From the NCBI GenBank assembly GCA_051313645.2, contig JBNRSN020000003.1, positions 422,034,001 to 422,098,000 on the forward strand: a stretch of DNA of 64,000 nt. Direction: 5' to 3'. The notes beneath the pieces are model-generated. The model was not told the origin of the DNA and searched no databases. It worked only from the letters and a program-made list of their open reading frames with translations. Of this stretch, positions 1-12,061 are shown one piece after another. A program made the position numbers and the translations under genes. Numbering within the stretch: the stretch's first letter is position 1; every line of letters starts with the position of its first letter. The DNA comes from Centroscyllium fabricii (taxonomy: Eukaryota).

Positions 1-669
1 AACAGTATCAACAGCATTGCAGTATTGGATATAAAATTACTGTAGAGAAAATAACTGTAGAAATGGATTACAGAAGCAACCCATGTCATGCATATCATCT
101 TATGCCACAACACAATGGTGGCACAACATGTTAGATGCTTGCTGAGTATTTCCAGCATTTTCTATTTGTATTTCAGATTTCCAACATCCACATTTTGATT
201 GTGTGTTAGAACTGGGGTTCTCTTTTGACTTTTTAAGTCACATAGTTGTGTCCCATGGAGACTCGGGGGGACTACATATCTGTGCTCCCATTAACCTGCA
301 TATATCACCGGTTGCCAATATTAACAGATCTTGGTATTCTTGTTTAGGATTTGTCCATCACTCTGGAAATAGCACTAAGCACAGCCCTTGCCAAACCTCC
401 AGCTGTACAAAATTCAAACAGAATAAACCAGCAAATAAGAAATATAGAGGACAGAGTTGCTTAGGATAGATTAGCAGGCCTCATGGGCTGTATGTGGTCC
501 ACAGGGAATAATTTAGAAACTCCTACTCTACAAGTTCGCATTTTAGGACTTTTTTTGGTATGATAAAGAGCAGCATAGTGGTACAGTACATTGGTCTATC
601 AGCATACCAGGCCACTGAATGGTATGACATTGATTAGCATTTTTAATTGCCCACGTGGCAAGTTCCTGA

Positions 670-1083
670 AATAACAACAGAAAACGCTGGAGAAACTCAG
701 CAGGCCAGGCAGAATCGGTGGAGAGAGAAACAGAGTTAACGTTTCAGGTCGATGACCTTTCTTCAAAACTGGAGAAGCCAGGAGGGGCGATAGATTTTAA
801 AGCTTGCGGGGGCTGGGGAATGGGGGGGGGGGGGGGGGGGGCTGAAAGAACACAGGAAAGATCAGCGACAGGCTGGAAGGCGGGGAAGGTAAGAGATATT
901 CGGAGAAATGAAGGAACACAGGATGGCTCTAAATAGGTGCGAACAGCTTTGAAGAAAGGTCATCGACCTGAAACGTTAACTCTTGTTTCTCTCGCCACCG
1001 ATGCTACCTGGCCTGCTGAGTCTCTCCAGCGTTTTCTGTTATTATTTCAGATTTCCAGCATCCGCAGTATTATGCTGTCGCTC
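670..1083. mobile_element. Penelope-like element (PLE) terminal remnant, two copies in inverted orientation
   Basis: About 100-bp inverted repeat (667-768 vs 948-1049) of the same tail that follows the GIY-YIG ORF at 6171-6753. Flanked by 14-bp direct repeat TGGCAAGTTCCTGA (656-669, 1084-1097). Confidence 0.75.
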
Positions 1084-1726
1084 TGGCAAGTTCCTGAGCT
1101 TGTCAGTCAGGGGAACTGCTGAGCAGAAGCGAGAATAAAACCAATCCCGATTGCAGCCACATATCTCCAAACATGGACGCTGGGGGAGGGAAAGGAAGGA
1201 AGGAAGGAAGGCAGGAGGGAAAAATTACACTGAAATAAAATGATCCCAAATGTATACTGGGCTTGTAACTAAGATCATTAGTAACATTTTAGGAAATGTC
1301 TGCCAATTGCATCACTTTCTACAATATTAACAGACCGGCACCACTGAAATTCGAGGTATAAAAACCACAAAACCTGAACGCTCGCAACATGCAATTAGCG
1401 TCAACTTGTCTATAGGTGTAGAAAAAGCAAAAAGTAGAACATTTGCGGGTTTATTAAGGAAATATTGTCTTCATTTACTCAATACTTTTGAGTTCAGTTC
1501 TTCAATATCGGACCAGATACAACAGATTTGGATTTAATTGTTTAATTATCATGATATGCATTGCCCTTCATTACACATGGTAAGTGAAACATGTATCATT
1601 TGAAAATTCCAAATAATAAACTAAATTGCTTTCTTGAACTCGCCAACTTTTTAAGTATGCTGATTTAATAGAATTATATCAATTTAGTTAATGTAGGCAC
1701 AATATTTATTGACTGCTAATTTTCAA

Positions 1727-2461
1727 CTACTGGATTTTGCATGGATAATAATGGCAAGGCTAACAGCGCTCACCGTTATAACGGGATAAATCGGACAGCA
1801 ACTTCTGGCGCCCACACAGACGCAGTTAAATGCGGAAATCCGAAAGCTGCTGTCTCCTCCACAGGCTGCGCGGTTACAGTCCTTGCTGATAGACTCGGCA
1901 CTGAAATGAATGCAATGGCGTGAACTTGGGGTACTTGTCCACTAATTCCTCGCTAATGATGGCAGAAAAAGTTAACAGCTGATGGATTCAGGAGTCAGTG
2001 AGTTTTTAAAAAGTGTGTTAAGTGGTAATTACTGCCAAAAAACCCTGCTGGCCCTGAAAATGTAATTTTACAAGTGTGGAGTCTCATTCCCTCAGAAGTT
2101 AATTAGTGTTGGAGATTTAAAAGAAATAATTTTTTTCAAACTTTTTCGGTCTGTCTCTTAATTCCATCTGTCTTTTCCAATTGTTATTCCACTTTCTGTA
2201 CATGATTTAAATCTAATTTATACTTCCTGGTTTAGACTCTGCGTTTCTCAGTGAGGATTCTTTAATCTGATTGGTTGAAGAGCCTTGGTGTTTCTTTTCC
2301 TGCTAACAGACACCACAGATCCCCCGTAGAGAGCACTGCACTGGATTAGATGTTGGATTAGAGCAAGTCTCCGAGCTAAAATCCACAAAATTTTGTGGGC
2401 TGCTGTCAGCAAGGTGAACAGCGAGCTCCATTCCTTCGCTGCTGACCACAAAATCTTGGGC
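1727..2461 (-). mobile_element. Old non-autonomous DNA transposon (Harbinger-type MITE), related to 50011-50777
   Basis: Degenerate termini (CTGGATTTTG...CAAAATCTTGGGC). Its right end is reverse-complement similar to the left end of 50011-50777 (TTTGTGGTCAGCAGCGAAG). AT-rich core. Confidence 0.55.
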
Positions 2462-3026
2462 ATCATGGTGACATTTGCCTATTTGCAAGGAGATGCAAAT
2501 GTAATTATAAGTAAACATGATCTTAAAACAAATAAGGCCAAACACTGAAAGGACAATTTTATATTATGGACACATTAAACCATGGAAAGGAATTTATCTT
2601 TCTAAGATTTGCTGCTCATGTTCTGCAACAAACAGTTATTTAAGTGTTGAGGTTTTGCAGTAGAATATAAAAGCTACATTTTTTGTTGTACAAATGCACA
2701 TTGAACAATAAGCATTAAATACCTCTAGATGCATCAAATATAAGGGCTGCTTTTTGAGTCTCAAATCACCTGGTACCTTAACGCTTTTGTTAATTTTCTT
2801 GTGTCAACATATCTATACAGCAGTGCAAATGTCAATGCCCAAGGAGGTTTTAAACAGTTCAACTTTGCACATCCTCTTAAAAGCTAAAAACAATCCACCT
2901 TTTCTGTACAGAAGAGATTAATGATGCCTCCCAAGCCGTCATAAAACCAAAACATTTTTCAAACATTAGTGGTATTCCTTTTAAGATCAAATTTCAGTTT
3001 ACAAGAATTTGGAATTAAAATTGAAA

Positions 3027-3332
3027 TGGAGTTTGCACATTCTCCCCGTGTCTGCGTGGGTTTCCTCCGGGTGCTCCGGTTCCTCCCACAGTCCAAAGAT
3101 GTGCGGGTTAGGTTGATTGGCCATGATAAATTGACCCTTAGTGTTAGGGGGATTGAATATGTGGGGTTGCGGGGATAGGGTGGGATATGTCGGTGCAGGC
3201 TCGATAGGGATATGGGGACAAGGCAGGGACAGGGTGCTGTTTGGATGATCAGCCATGATCTCATTAAATGGCGGAGCAGGCTCGAAGGGCCGAATGGCCT
3301 ACTCCTGCTCCTGTCTTCTATGTTTCTATGTT
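3027..3332 (+). mobile_element. 5'-truncated HE1-like V-SINE
   Basis: V-domain core TGGAGTTTGCACATTCTCCCCGTGTCTGCGTGGGTTTCCTCCGG plus CR1-type 3' tail ending in TTCTATGT repeats; similar to 60829-61227. Confidence 0.85.
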
Positions 3333-4148
3333 TCCTTCATAGTGATCACACTAAGACATGCGTCACAACATTTTCTGCCTCTAGATGTGGCTAAAGTCTA
3401 TTCTTAAAAAACAAAATCAAGCCATCTAGTGGCAGTAAAAGGTACTGTACTAATCTTAGATTATGCCCCAGGAGAAAAGTGCCAAAGCCATCAAACTATA
3501 GTGAAATAAATTGGACAGAAAATATAATGTAATAACCTTGACTTAAACAGTCCTTTAAAATGATCCTAAAATGGTCGTATCTCCATGGAAAAATGTTTGG
3601 CAAACTTTCTGGGAGAAAAGACAGACATATAAAGTCATTTCCATTACATGTCACCTCAAAATGAAGTGATGGCGTGGCTGATGCGAGTTACATTACCCGG
3701 TTCTAAAATAAACAAAGACTCTTCTCATATATTTGTTCATGAAGATGATTCAACACAATTCAATTTATAAAATAAACAGTATACTGAATCCCTCTGTATG
3801 CACTGAATGGGGATAATTTTTCCTAAGAATTTTTTTTATCTTGAACAGGATTTACTGCTCAAGTAGTTTTACTGCACTTCCCTTTCTGTTCAAAAATCCT
3901 AAAAATAATAATTTAATTTCATAAGTGTATGTTTTGAGTTTCTGGTTATACGTCGAAAAAGGGGAGCAAAAATAGTTTTGCCAAAAAAGATGAAAACAAA
4001 TCAAAATTCAGCACAGACAGCATAATTATTCCTGCAATTGACCAAACAAAGTTTGACCTTTATTCTCTGATAAAATACACTACAATCCATTTCTGGGAGA
4101 GGGGTATTTTAGGCCAAAGGTATTCCTGCAGCACTACCCTTCTAAGCC

Positions 4149-4553
4149 AACATAGAAACATAGAAACTAGGAGCAGGAGTAGGCCATTCGGCCCTTCGAG
4201 CCTGCTCCGCCATTCAATGAGATCATGGCTGATCATCCAAACCCAGCACCCCGCCCCTGCCCCCTCCCCATATCCCTCGATCCCTATCGAGCCTGCATCG
4301 ACACATATCCCACCCTATCCCCGTAACCCCACCTTTTCAATCCCCCTAACACTAAGGGTCAATTTATCATGGCCAATCAACCTAACCCGCACATCTTTGG
4401 ACTGTGGGAGGAAACCGGAGCACCCGGAGGAAACCCACGCAGACACGGGGAGAATGTGCAAACTCCACACAGATAGTACCCGAGGCTGGATTTGAACCCG
4501 GGTCTCCAGTGCTGTGAGCCAACAGTGCTAACCACTGTGCCACCGTGCTGCCC
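4149..4553 (-). mobile_element. Full-length HE1-like V-SINE
   Basis: On the minus strand: tRNA-like head with A box (GTGGCACAGTGG) and B box (GGTTCAAATCC), V-domain core and CR1-derived tail. Confidence 0.9.
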
Positions 4554-5111
4554 TAAGTATTGATATCCCAAATAATTGTCTCCATATGAAGTTGTATTAA
4601 AAATTGTAGTTTTTTTTAGCGGTTACTTCTAGGAATAAAGCGTTTGTGAAGGTCAGATTATTACTCACAATTCCTACCCTATAATTTCTTGCAAGGCTAG
4701 TCATTTGAAATCAAGCTACACTGTAGTAACCATTCAAATGAAATGGTCAGCATGATTTATCCCTGTCAAAAGTATAGAATGCACTCCACTAGCCAGGACA
4801 TTCATCATTTTACAAACTATGCACTGAAAATCTTTGTCTAATAACTCAAACATCCAAGAAACCTCTTAAAGACTTGGATCTGGCCATAAAGCAGCAAAGA
4901 ACTAACAATGCAATGTGGAACCAACATGCTCTTCCACATCGAAATAAGGCATGTTAAAATAATAGAAAGGCCATTACCCGAGCCAAGTGAAATTTAGGCA
5001 TCACATATGAGCTTATGATGAGGGGAGTGTCACTCGCAAGTTATGTAGTGGTGACCAGCCATGATAGTATAAAGTTATTTCCCCATCAAGTTGACATGAA
5101 CACCTTAAAAA

Positions 5112-5509
5112 TAGTCAAACCTGCGTTAGCGGCCACTTCCACAGAACGGCCACCTGTTCATCGCGGCCACATCGCATTCCTCCAGAGAGAAAAACAATGT
5201 AGTAAGCCCTGTACAGAACGGCCACCTGTTCATCGCGGCCACCCGTTCTTTATTCCTCCAGCACTTTCCCACCGCACACAGCTAGTGGGCTGGGCTCCGA
5301 GTGGGCTCCACTGGGCAGGGCTGGGCTCCGAGTGGGCTCCCTTGGCCGGGCTGGGCTCCACTGGGCACCGAGCAAGCTCCCTGGGCCAGGCTGGGCTCAG
5401 AGCGGGCTCCGCCGGACCGGGCTGCCAACCGGGTCCTACATCTTCCCGGACCGGCCGGCTCTGAACGGTGTCCGGGGGGCGGGGCTGCAGAGAGTCTCCG
5501 TCTGCCTCT

Positions 5510-5569
<60 letters not shown>

Positions 5570-5688
5570 CCTGTGTACATGTACATAAAAACAAAATGGC
5601 CACCGTCAACCTGAATAGAAAGGCCACCTGTCTATAAAGGCCACTTTTTGCCTTTCCCGTGAGTGGCCTCTCTGTACATGTTTGACTG
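5112..5688. mobile_element. Tc1/mariner (pogo/Tigger-like) MITE with GC-rich internal repeats
   Basis: Inverted termini (T)AGTCAAACCTG...CATGTTTGACTG, repeated subterminal GGCCACCTG motifs and internal GGGCTGGGCTCC repeats; TA TSD decayed. Confidence 0.65.
5513..5568. repeat. (CA)n microsatellite
   Basis: Pure CA run inside the MITE; source of the THTHTH/VCVCVC ORFs. Confidence 0.98.
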
Positions 5689-6170
5689 TGGTACCATTTC
5701 AGATCAGAAACCTTACACAATGGGCTTTGGGGACAGGGGAAGTGGCAGGGGAGGAAGAGACACAGTTTATGGAAATCTAGTTTTGTGGGAAGGAAAGTGA
5801 TAAATGGCACCTCCCCCCCCCCCCCCCCATAAAAAAAAAGTACTTTAACCAGCAGGCACCTACAATAGGACAAGACCTGAAACACAGCACACAGATCCCC
5901 AAACCAAACCCAATTACACAGGGGAAACACATATAATTATAGGTGAAAACAACTAAGTTGTGGCAGGCTTACATGGAATTATGATAGTGCCTAACCTCAA
6001 GAACTTGCTTTGCCCTTTTTACCAACCAGGAGAACCACTGTTTTCACTGCAAGAGTGGTGTAACAAGTCCCCTAGCATTACCCTCCAAGATCAACATTGG
6101 GGTTTGGTGAAGAAAAGAAGGGGTCCTTATGCATGCTGAGGAATAGCATTGAAAACAATCTCTTGGATCC

Positions 6171-6753
6171 TGGTGAAACAGCGATTTACTTGTACTTCTT
6201 GCAATTTAATATACTGTATTCGCTGCTCACGATGCGGCCTCCTCTACATCGGGGAGACCAAACGCAGATTGGGTGACCGTTTTGCAGAACACCTCCGTTC
6301 AGTCCGTAAGGGTGACCCTGAGCTTCCGGTCGCCTGTCACTTTAATTCTCCACTTCACTCCCACTCTGATCTCTCTGTCCTCGGCCTCTTGCACTGTTCC
6401 AGTGAAGCTCAACGTAAACTCGAGGAACAGCACCTCATTTTTCGATTAGGCACTTTACAGCCCTCCGGACTCAATATCGAGTTCAATAATTTCAGGTAAT
6501 AAACCTGCCCCCATTTTTCATGCAGCATGATTTTGCCATTCCCATTTGCTACATTTTCACAGCATGTTCTTTCAATCCTTCCCCCCCTCCAAACTGCACC
6601 CCCCCCCCAACTGTCTCTGCACCTGCTTAATAGCTGTTACATTTCCAGTTTATTCCAGTTCCGATGAAGGGTCCAGAACCCGAAACGTTAACTCAGTTTC
6701 TCTCTACGGATGCTGCCTGGCCTGCTGAGTATTTCCAGCATTTTCTGTTGTTA
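6171..6753 (+). mobile_element. 5'-truncated Penelope-like retroelement: GIY-YIG endonuclease C-terminus plus 3' tail
   Basis: ORF 6149-6499 reads FTCTSCNLIYCIRCSRCGLLYIGETKRRLGDRFAEH...HFN...GLNIEF (GIY-YIG with CxxC, typical of PLEs). Hammerhead-like motif at 6657-6693. 10-bp TSD TCTTGGATCC (6161-6170, 6754-6763). Confidence 0.9.
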
Positions 6754-6763
6754 TCTTGGATCC

Positions 6764-7616
6764 CAGTATCTTTTGCCCACCACAGATTGCATGGATTGCA
6801 GATTTCTCTGCCTTTTGGGGTTCAGCAATTCTGTCTCAGGAATCATTGAAGTGGACTAGTTATGGGTTCTATACTTCTAAAAGATGCAAATGATTGCCCT
6901 TTTTCAAATCAGTTTATTACTGTACTAAATCAGTTGAAGGATATTTGGCCTTATTGATCAGTTGAGCTGCTAGATCTTGAATTATCTTGCAATTAATACA
7001 GGGACAATCAAGTTTTAGACAATTTTTCTCCAGAGTCACTGCTAGTTTCAAGGCTGCCGTTGGATAGGTTAATGACAACCTCCAGATTTTCAATAGGAAA
7101 TGCAGACTCGGAGTAGTTAAATTGTCCATGGTAAACCTAAAATACTCTGAATTTCAGTCCTCAACATGAAGGGGGCATGGGGCAGGGCCCATGTGGTTAA
7201 TATGAAAAAGATTTTCATAGTGGATCTGGTCTGCCTCAGAAACTTCATAGTATTGACTACCTCTATTACTGTTCCACCGAGTGGCATCCTTAAAACCACA
7301 ATGGTCCCTCATTAGACGATCCTCACAGATTGTAAGGGTAGTTTTGTTAAACAATTAAATTTTGTGTGTGAGCAAACTAGTAGCTGTGCAATAAAATATT
7401 CTCGGTGCTTCTTGGGTGACTTCATCTAGAATTGTAATCTCCATAGTAGGAAAAATTCACCAATTCCATGCTCCCAATAGGAAGGGAATGGTTAGAGATG
7501 GAGGCTACAATACTGCAGCACTAATTCCGATCCATCCTCCCTTTAAGCGTGGCTCCCCACCAGTAATTTGGGTAACAAAAGAAAGATGTCCCCATCTGAA
7601 GTCTTCACACTGATCA
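6764..7616 (-). mobile_element. Possible highly decayed DIRS-like reverse transcriptase fragment
   Basis: Frameshifted minus-strand peptides GGTVIEVV-NTMKFLRQTRSTMK and EYFRFT loosely recall DIRS RT (KGAIEEV...LNKFLxxxKFxM...KFLRF). No intact catalytic motif seen. Confidence 0.25.
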
Positions 7617-7620
7617 CTGT

Positions 7621-8199
7621 TGTAAGGGGACAAAAGTGACTTAGAATTAAAAGTTAGAAGTAACTATAACTTCTTAGAATTAAAATTAGTGGGAAATAGG
7701 TTTGTCTCCTATCCTTGTTTAGGAATATAGAACCCTGATCAGACAGGAACTGTAAAACTAATGAGCTGGTCTTTTGTCCTTGCTTAATATAAGGCAGGAC
7801 ATACAGATGGGACATACACTCCTGTCCAGACCAGGAACAGATAAATTAACCTGCGAATGCTGTAAAGATGGGTTTCTGTGAACCATTCAGCACCCTCCCT
7901 GATAAGGGGCATCGAATGGACAAAGCCGTCCGCCTATTCTGTAGACCAATCAATGATCGTAGAAGGGGGGCGCACGCCTCAAGTTAGGGTATAATTGCTG
8001 TACGTATTTGATACTCGGGGGAAGAATCCTTTCTCTGGGAGGAGACTGAGATTTTCCCCATGCATGTACACGAATAAAGATCGTGAAACTTATCCACGGT
8101 GTCCGTCTGGTGAATTTGTGGTTGCTATAGGGCAAGTGTCGATCCCTTATCTCAGGGGGTCCGCTTGAGAGGAGGGAAGACTTCTCTTTTACCCCAACA
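7621..8199 (+). mobile_element. Solo LTR (579 bp) of an ERV or LTR retrotransposon
   Basis: TG...CA termini (TGTAAGGGG / CCCCAACA) and 4-bp TSD CTGT (7617-7620, 8200-8203). CCAAT (7946), TATAAT (7990) and AATAAA (8073) lie in U3-R order. Confidence 0.88.
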
Positions 8200-9841
8200 C
8201 TGTAAATGATTTTCCAAAGTTGCAGAAATGCTTTTTTTGGGATGGGGGGAAGTCACAAGTTGAAGCCATTATCTAATCATACTAAAAGGATTTGTGCAGG
8301 GTTGTCTGCTACTGGAATGGCTTTTCTGTAGTTCGTACAAATTTCAAAGCCTAGAATCAGCATGAAGGAAACATTTTCTGGAAAAGAACAAGAATGAACT
8401 TAAACTGTAAAAGATACCAAGGGTGAAGCCACAGGCCAAATGAACGCAGGACTCATTTTTTTTTATTTTTTTTTAAAGAAAAGCTTTTATTTAACCAGCT
8501 GGTGTGAAGATTAAGTAACGAATCGTAATAGCAGCAGACAATAATCATGTTGCCGCCAGGCGGGGGAGAGGCGGAATGAGGCGACCTTTTATAGTATGAA
8601 AAGAAGTCAAATAGTTACCAAGCAAAAAAAATCGCCGCCATCACCCAATTTTTCAGTGGTGTGATTCAGTTTATTCATGGTATATGGTGGATTATAATTT
8701 AAGTTTAATTCTTACATTTACAAAAATGTTCTGCAGTTTACATTTTTTAAATGCACAAATATTTCTGCAATAAAAAGGGAAACTACATACTAGTGACATT
8801 AATTAGAGCTTCCCACTGCTTTTGTTTTTTAAAAAAGGGGCAATTAAACATAATTATGATTTACTAATCATTAAGATTAATTCCCAAATCCGAAATTGTC
8901 AGATAATTTAAAAAGTACTTTTAAAGCATTTGACAAAAAGCCCCTAGTGGTACTAATGTCCAATGTATTTTAAAAGTCTCAATGAAAAAAAATCTTAATT
9001 AGAGGCTCATTAGTATGTAAATGCATTCATGTTTTGTTACAACTGAGTAGGGATGGCTCTGCAGAAAAACCTATTAAAAAAGTTATTACAACAAATGCAA
9101 AGCTCACCATTGGTTGGTTTACAGATTTTCTTTCCCTAGATAAGAAAAATAATGCTACTTTCCCATTTCAGATGTTGGCTGTGCAACATCCGGTTTAAGG
9201 AGGCACTTCGGTTTGCTCTGACTTTTTGTTACAGTGGTGGCAAAATCTAAAAAATAGTCACACACATGCATAATTCTCTCACAACCTTTTATATATACAA
9301 ATTAACTGCTTGAAGACTCAACAGCTGCTCTTCAATATCGTGCCATCATACAGGAGGCTAGATAGTGAGCATTATCAGGCTACTCAATAAGGCGGGGCGC
9401 TCAGCCCACTCCTGTCCTCTCCCAGCATCTACCCCCCCGCCACCGGAAGGAGTCATTAGGTAGTGGTCAGGAGTGGAATCTTTGACCAATTCTACCCTTT
9501 CCTTCCCAGCCCAGAAGGCCAAATTGCAGCACCCCTATTGCTACCCCAGATGAGATCAGCCAAGTCAGTACTGCCCAGGAGTTGAACTCGGAACCTTCTT
9601 GGTCTGAATGATTCAGTGCACACAAGGCAGTGAATTTACTGCTGACCTCGGTCTTTGGCCTCCTACACTGTTTTAATGAAGCTCAACAGAAGTTCAAGGA
9701 ACAGCACCTCATCTTTCGATTAGGCACTTTACAGCCTTCCGTACTCAACAGGGAGTTCAACAATTTCAGATCATAACCTTCGCTCCCATTTTATCGGACA
9801 GCAGCTGTTAGTAATTACTCTGCTATTGCCATTTACACCTC

Positions 9842-10138
9842 AGAGTAATTGAGTTTTACAGCACAGAAAGAGGCCCTTCGGCTCATTGTGTCCGCGCCGG
9901 CCACCAAGCCGTGTCTATTCCTCTTCCTACCCATGTCGTTGGTACTAATGTGAACCATGACCTCTGCCTGTTCACCCTCCCCCTTCAGAATGCCCTGCAG
10001 CCATTCAGTGACATCCTTGACCCTGGCACCAGGGAGGCAACAAACCATCCTGGAGTCACGTCTACGGCCACAGAAACGCCTTCCTTTCCCCTTACGATAG
10101 AATCCCCTATTACGATTGCTCTCTCACTCTTTTCCCTC
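9842..10138 (-). mobile_element. Internally deleted CR1 derivative: ORF1 SGNH-esterase fragment joined to CR1 3' tail
   Basis: Minus-strand RAIVIGDSIVRG...MVCCLPGARVKDVTEWLQGILKGEGEQAEVMVHISTNDMGRKR (CR1 ORF1 GDS esterase motif). It runs directly into a tail (GGCCTCTTTCTGTGCTGTA) like that at 46205-46255. Confidence 0.75.
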
Positions 10139-10328
10139 CCCTCCTCTGAATCCATCTCGTGTTTCTTTACTTGTCCCATTCCCATCTTCTTTTGCCTCGC
10201 ACAATCATCACTTTTGTCATTTAATCTCTCCTGCCTTCCACCCTATCACAGACCTTCCCTTTTGTTCTTTCCTCCTCGCCCCCTTTCCCTGCACTGGTTT
10301 AAAGCCTGTTAAATCTCTACACTTTTCC

Positions 10329-10365
10329 AGTTCTGATGAAAGGTCATTGACCTGAAACGTTAACT
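10329..10365 (+). ncRNA. Minimal type I hammerhead ribozyme motif (PLE-associated)
   Basis: AGTT CTGATGA A AGGTC att GACCT GAAA CG TT AACT: core CUGAUGA/GAAA, stem II, stem I AGTT:AACT and palindromic loop-less stem III (AACGTT). Activity not shown. Confidence 0.65.
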
Positions 10366-11305
10366 TTGTTTCTCTCTCCACAGATGCTGCCTGACCAGCT
10401 GGGTGTTTTCCAGCATTTTGTTTTTATTAGTGAATTGACTAATGTGGATGTTGAGGGAGCTTATGTAAGCATATTTTTGAGTGTTTTCTTAGAAAATTCA
10501 ACACTTAAAAGGATTAATATATTTCTCCAAAGAATTTGCAATGCTGGATAACGTTTAAAAAAAAAAAGACGGTTGTGTAGTGAACAAGTGTTGTAATTTG
10601 CTGACGTACACTATCTGTCTGAATACTACTGAGATTAGTGAGTTTATCTGAAGAGCCATACTAGACATTTACAGGTGCTGCATATGGAGTTCATGCTTGA
10701 CTGAGTTATAGTGCTGCTGTGGTTTTTTCTTTTAATATGCTGCGATAAGATTATTTTAATTTTTTTAAATGGCAGCTAAATTGCAAGTAGTTCGAATAAC
10801 GTAAAACAGACATCACTCTGACATGCAGCAAAGACATAAAATAATTTGAAAAATAAGAATGTCATTTTGCACTCTTCCCTCCTCACCGAAAGAAAATCAT
10901 CTCCCACATCGGAGCTCAGCCTAACTGCTGCTGCCAGAGAATCAATAACTCTAATATGTTCCCATACATGGAGCAATCTTTACAATTGGCATGCAGTTAA
11001 ACACTCACTGATCTATTTTTACATTTTCTTTTGGTGACGCTCACTTTAGAATTTGTATATATTTTTTGCAATCAACAATAATTTTAAAAAGCAATACCAA
11101 AATGACCTATGGGAAAGAATTAAACACTTTTAGAAAGGAAATGTATTGTGTAAACTGTCTCTCTTCACAGATGTTGCCTGACCTGCACTGCCTGTTCTTA
11201 TTTCAGATTTCCAGCATCCACAACATTTTGCTTTTGTATTATTGTGGGAAAGGCTTAACATAAGGAAGTAATATGAGAATGAAAGGGTTGTATAAATGCT
11301 TAATA

Positions 11306-11748
11306 CAGGTTGAGCACCGTTAATCCGGACACCGATAAGCCGCTAACTTCAGTCGTCTGGAACGAATCCGGCTGACTGGTCTGCGCATGCGCGAAATGGC
11401 CGCCGCGCTTGCGGGCCTCTTCCCGACTGCCAGACTGGTCCGCGCATGTGCGAAATGGCCACCATGCTTGGCTGCGCATGCCTGGACCTCCCCAAATGAT
11501 TGATGCTTCGGCAAGCGCATACCATTCAAAATGGCCACCGGCCTTCGCTGCGGCCATTTTGAATGGTCCCGAACCGATTGATGCTTCGGCAAGCGCATGC
11601 GCAGACCATTCAAAATGGCCGCAGCGAAGGCCGGTGGCCATTTTGAATGGTTGGCGCATGCGCTCGCTGAAGCTTCAATCGTTCAGAGTTTTCACTTGTC
11701 CGGCACCGACCTGGTCCCGCCCGTGCCGGAGTAACGGTGTCGGACCTG
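11306..11748. mobile_element. Tc1/mariner (Tigger-like) MITE family A, motif-array subtype
   Basis: TA|CAGGTTGAGCACCGTTAATCCGG...CCGGAGTAACGGTGTCGGACCTG|TA; internal GCGCATGCGC and AAAATGGCC repeats. Confidence 0.85.
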
Positions 11749-12061
11749 TACATGAGAAGCTGGAAAAGTAGTGACCACAGGTGGTATTAGTGCAAATGAA
11801 AAATGAATAGCATTTAGGGTGCATGCAATTAGAAAATGGATTAAAAGGTTCTGTAGGCCAGAAAAACACAGGTGGATACAGATCATCACGTTTGTTGAAG
11901 TACTGCAACATTTAAATGAAAAAGACAAAGCAGACTTATTCAAGTATAAAATATTTCAAAATACTGCGATAAAAGAATGTAACAGGATAGAAAAGAAACA
12001 ACAGAAGTAGGTTGCATTGAAATGGCAAACCCAAGAAACATGCCTCTCTTTAAAAATAGTA

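Larger units (their letters stand above)
9660..10425 (+). mobile_element. Penelope-like remnant (GIY-YIG tail plus 3' end), split by a nested CR1 derivative
   Basis: 9677-9775 encodes EAQQKFKEQHLIFRLGTLQPSVLNREFNNFRS, homologous to ORF 6149. The PLE sequence resumes near 10140 and matches 38238-38552 in reverse complement. Confidence 0.8.

Noticed and set aside
822-841. Poly-G tracts as functional G-quadruplexes (also ~22687, ~27046, ~27760, ~34894)
   Set aside because: They lie inside repeats and look like slippage-expanded homopolymers whose length is unreliable in assemblies; no independent support.
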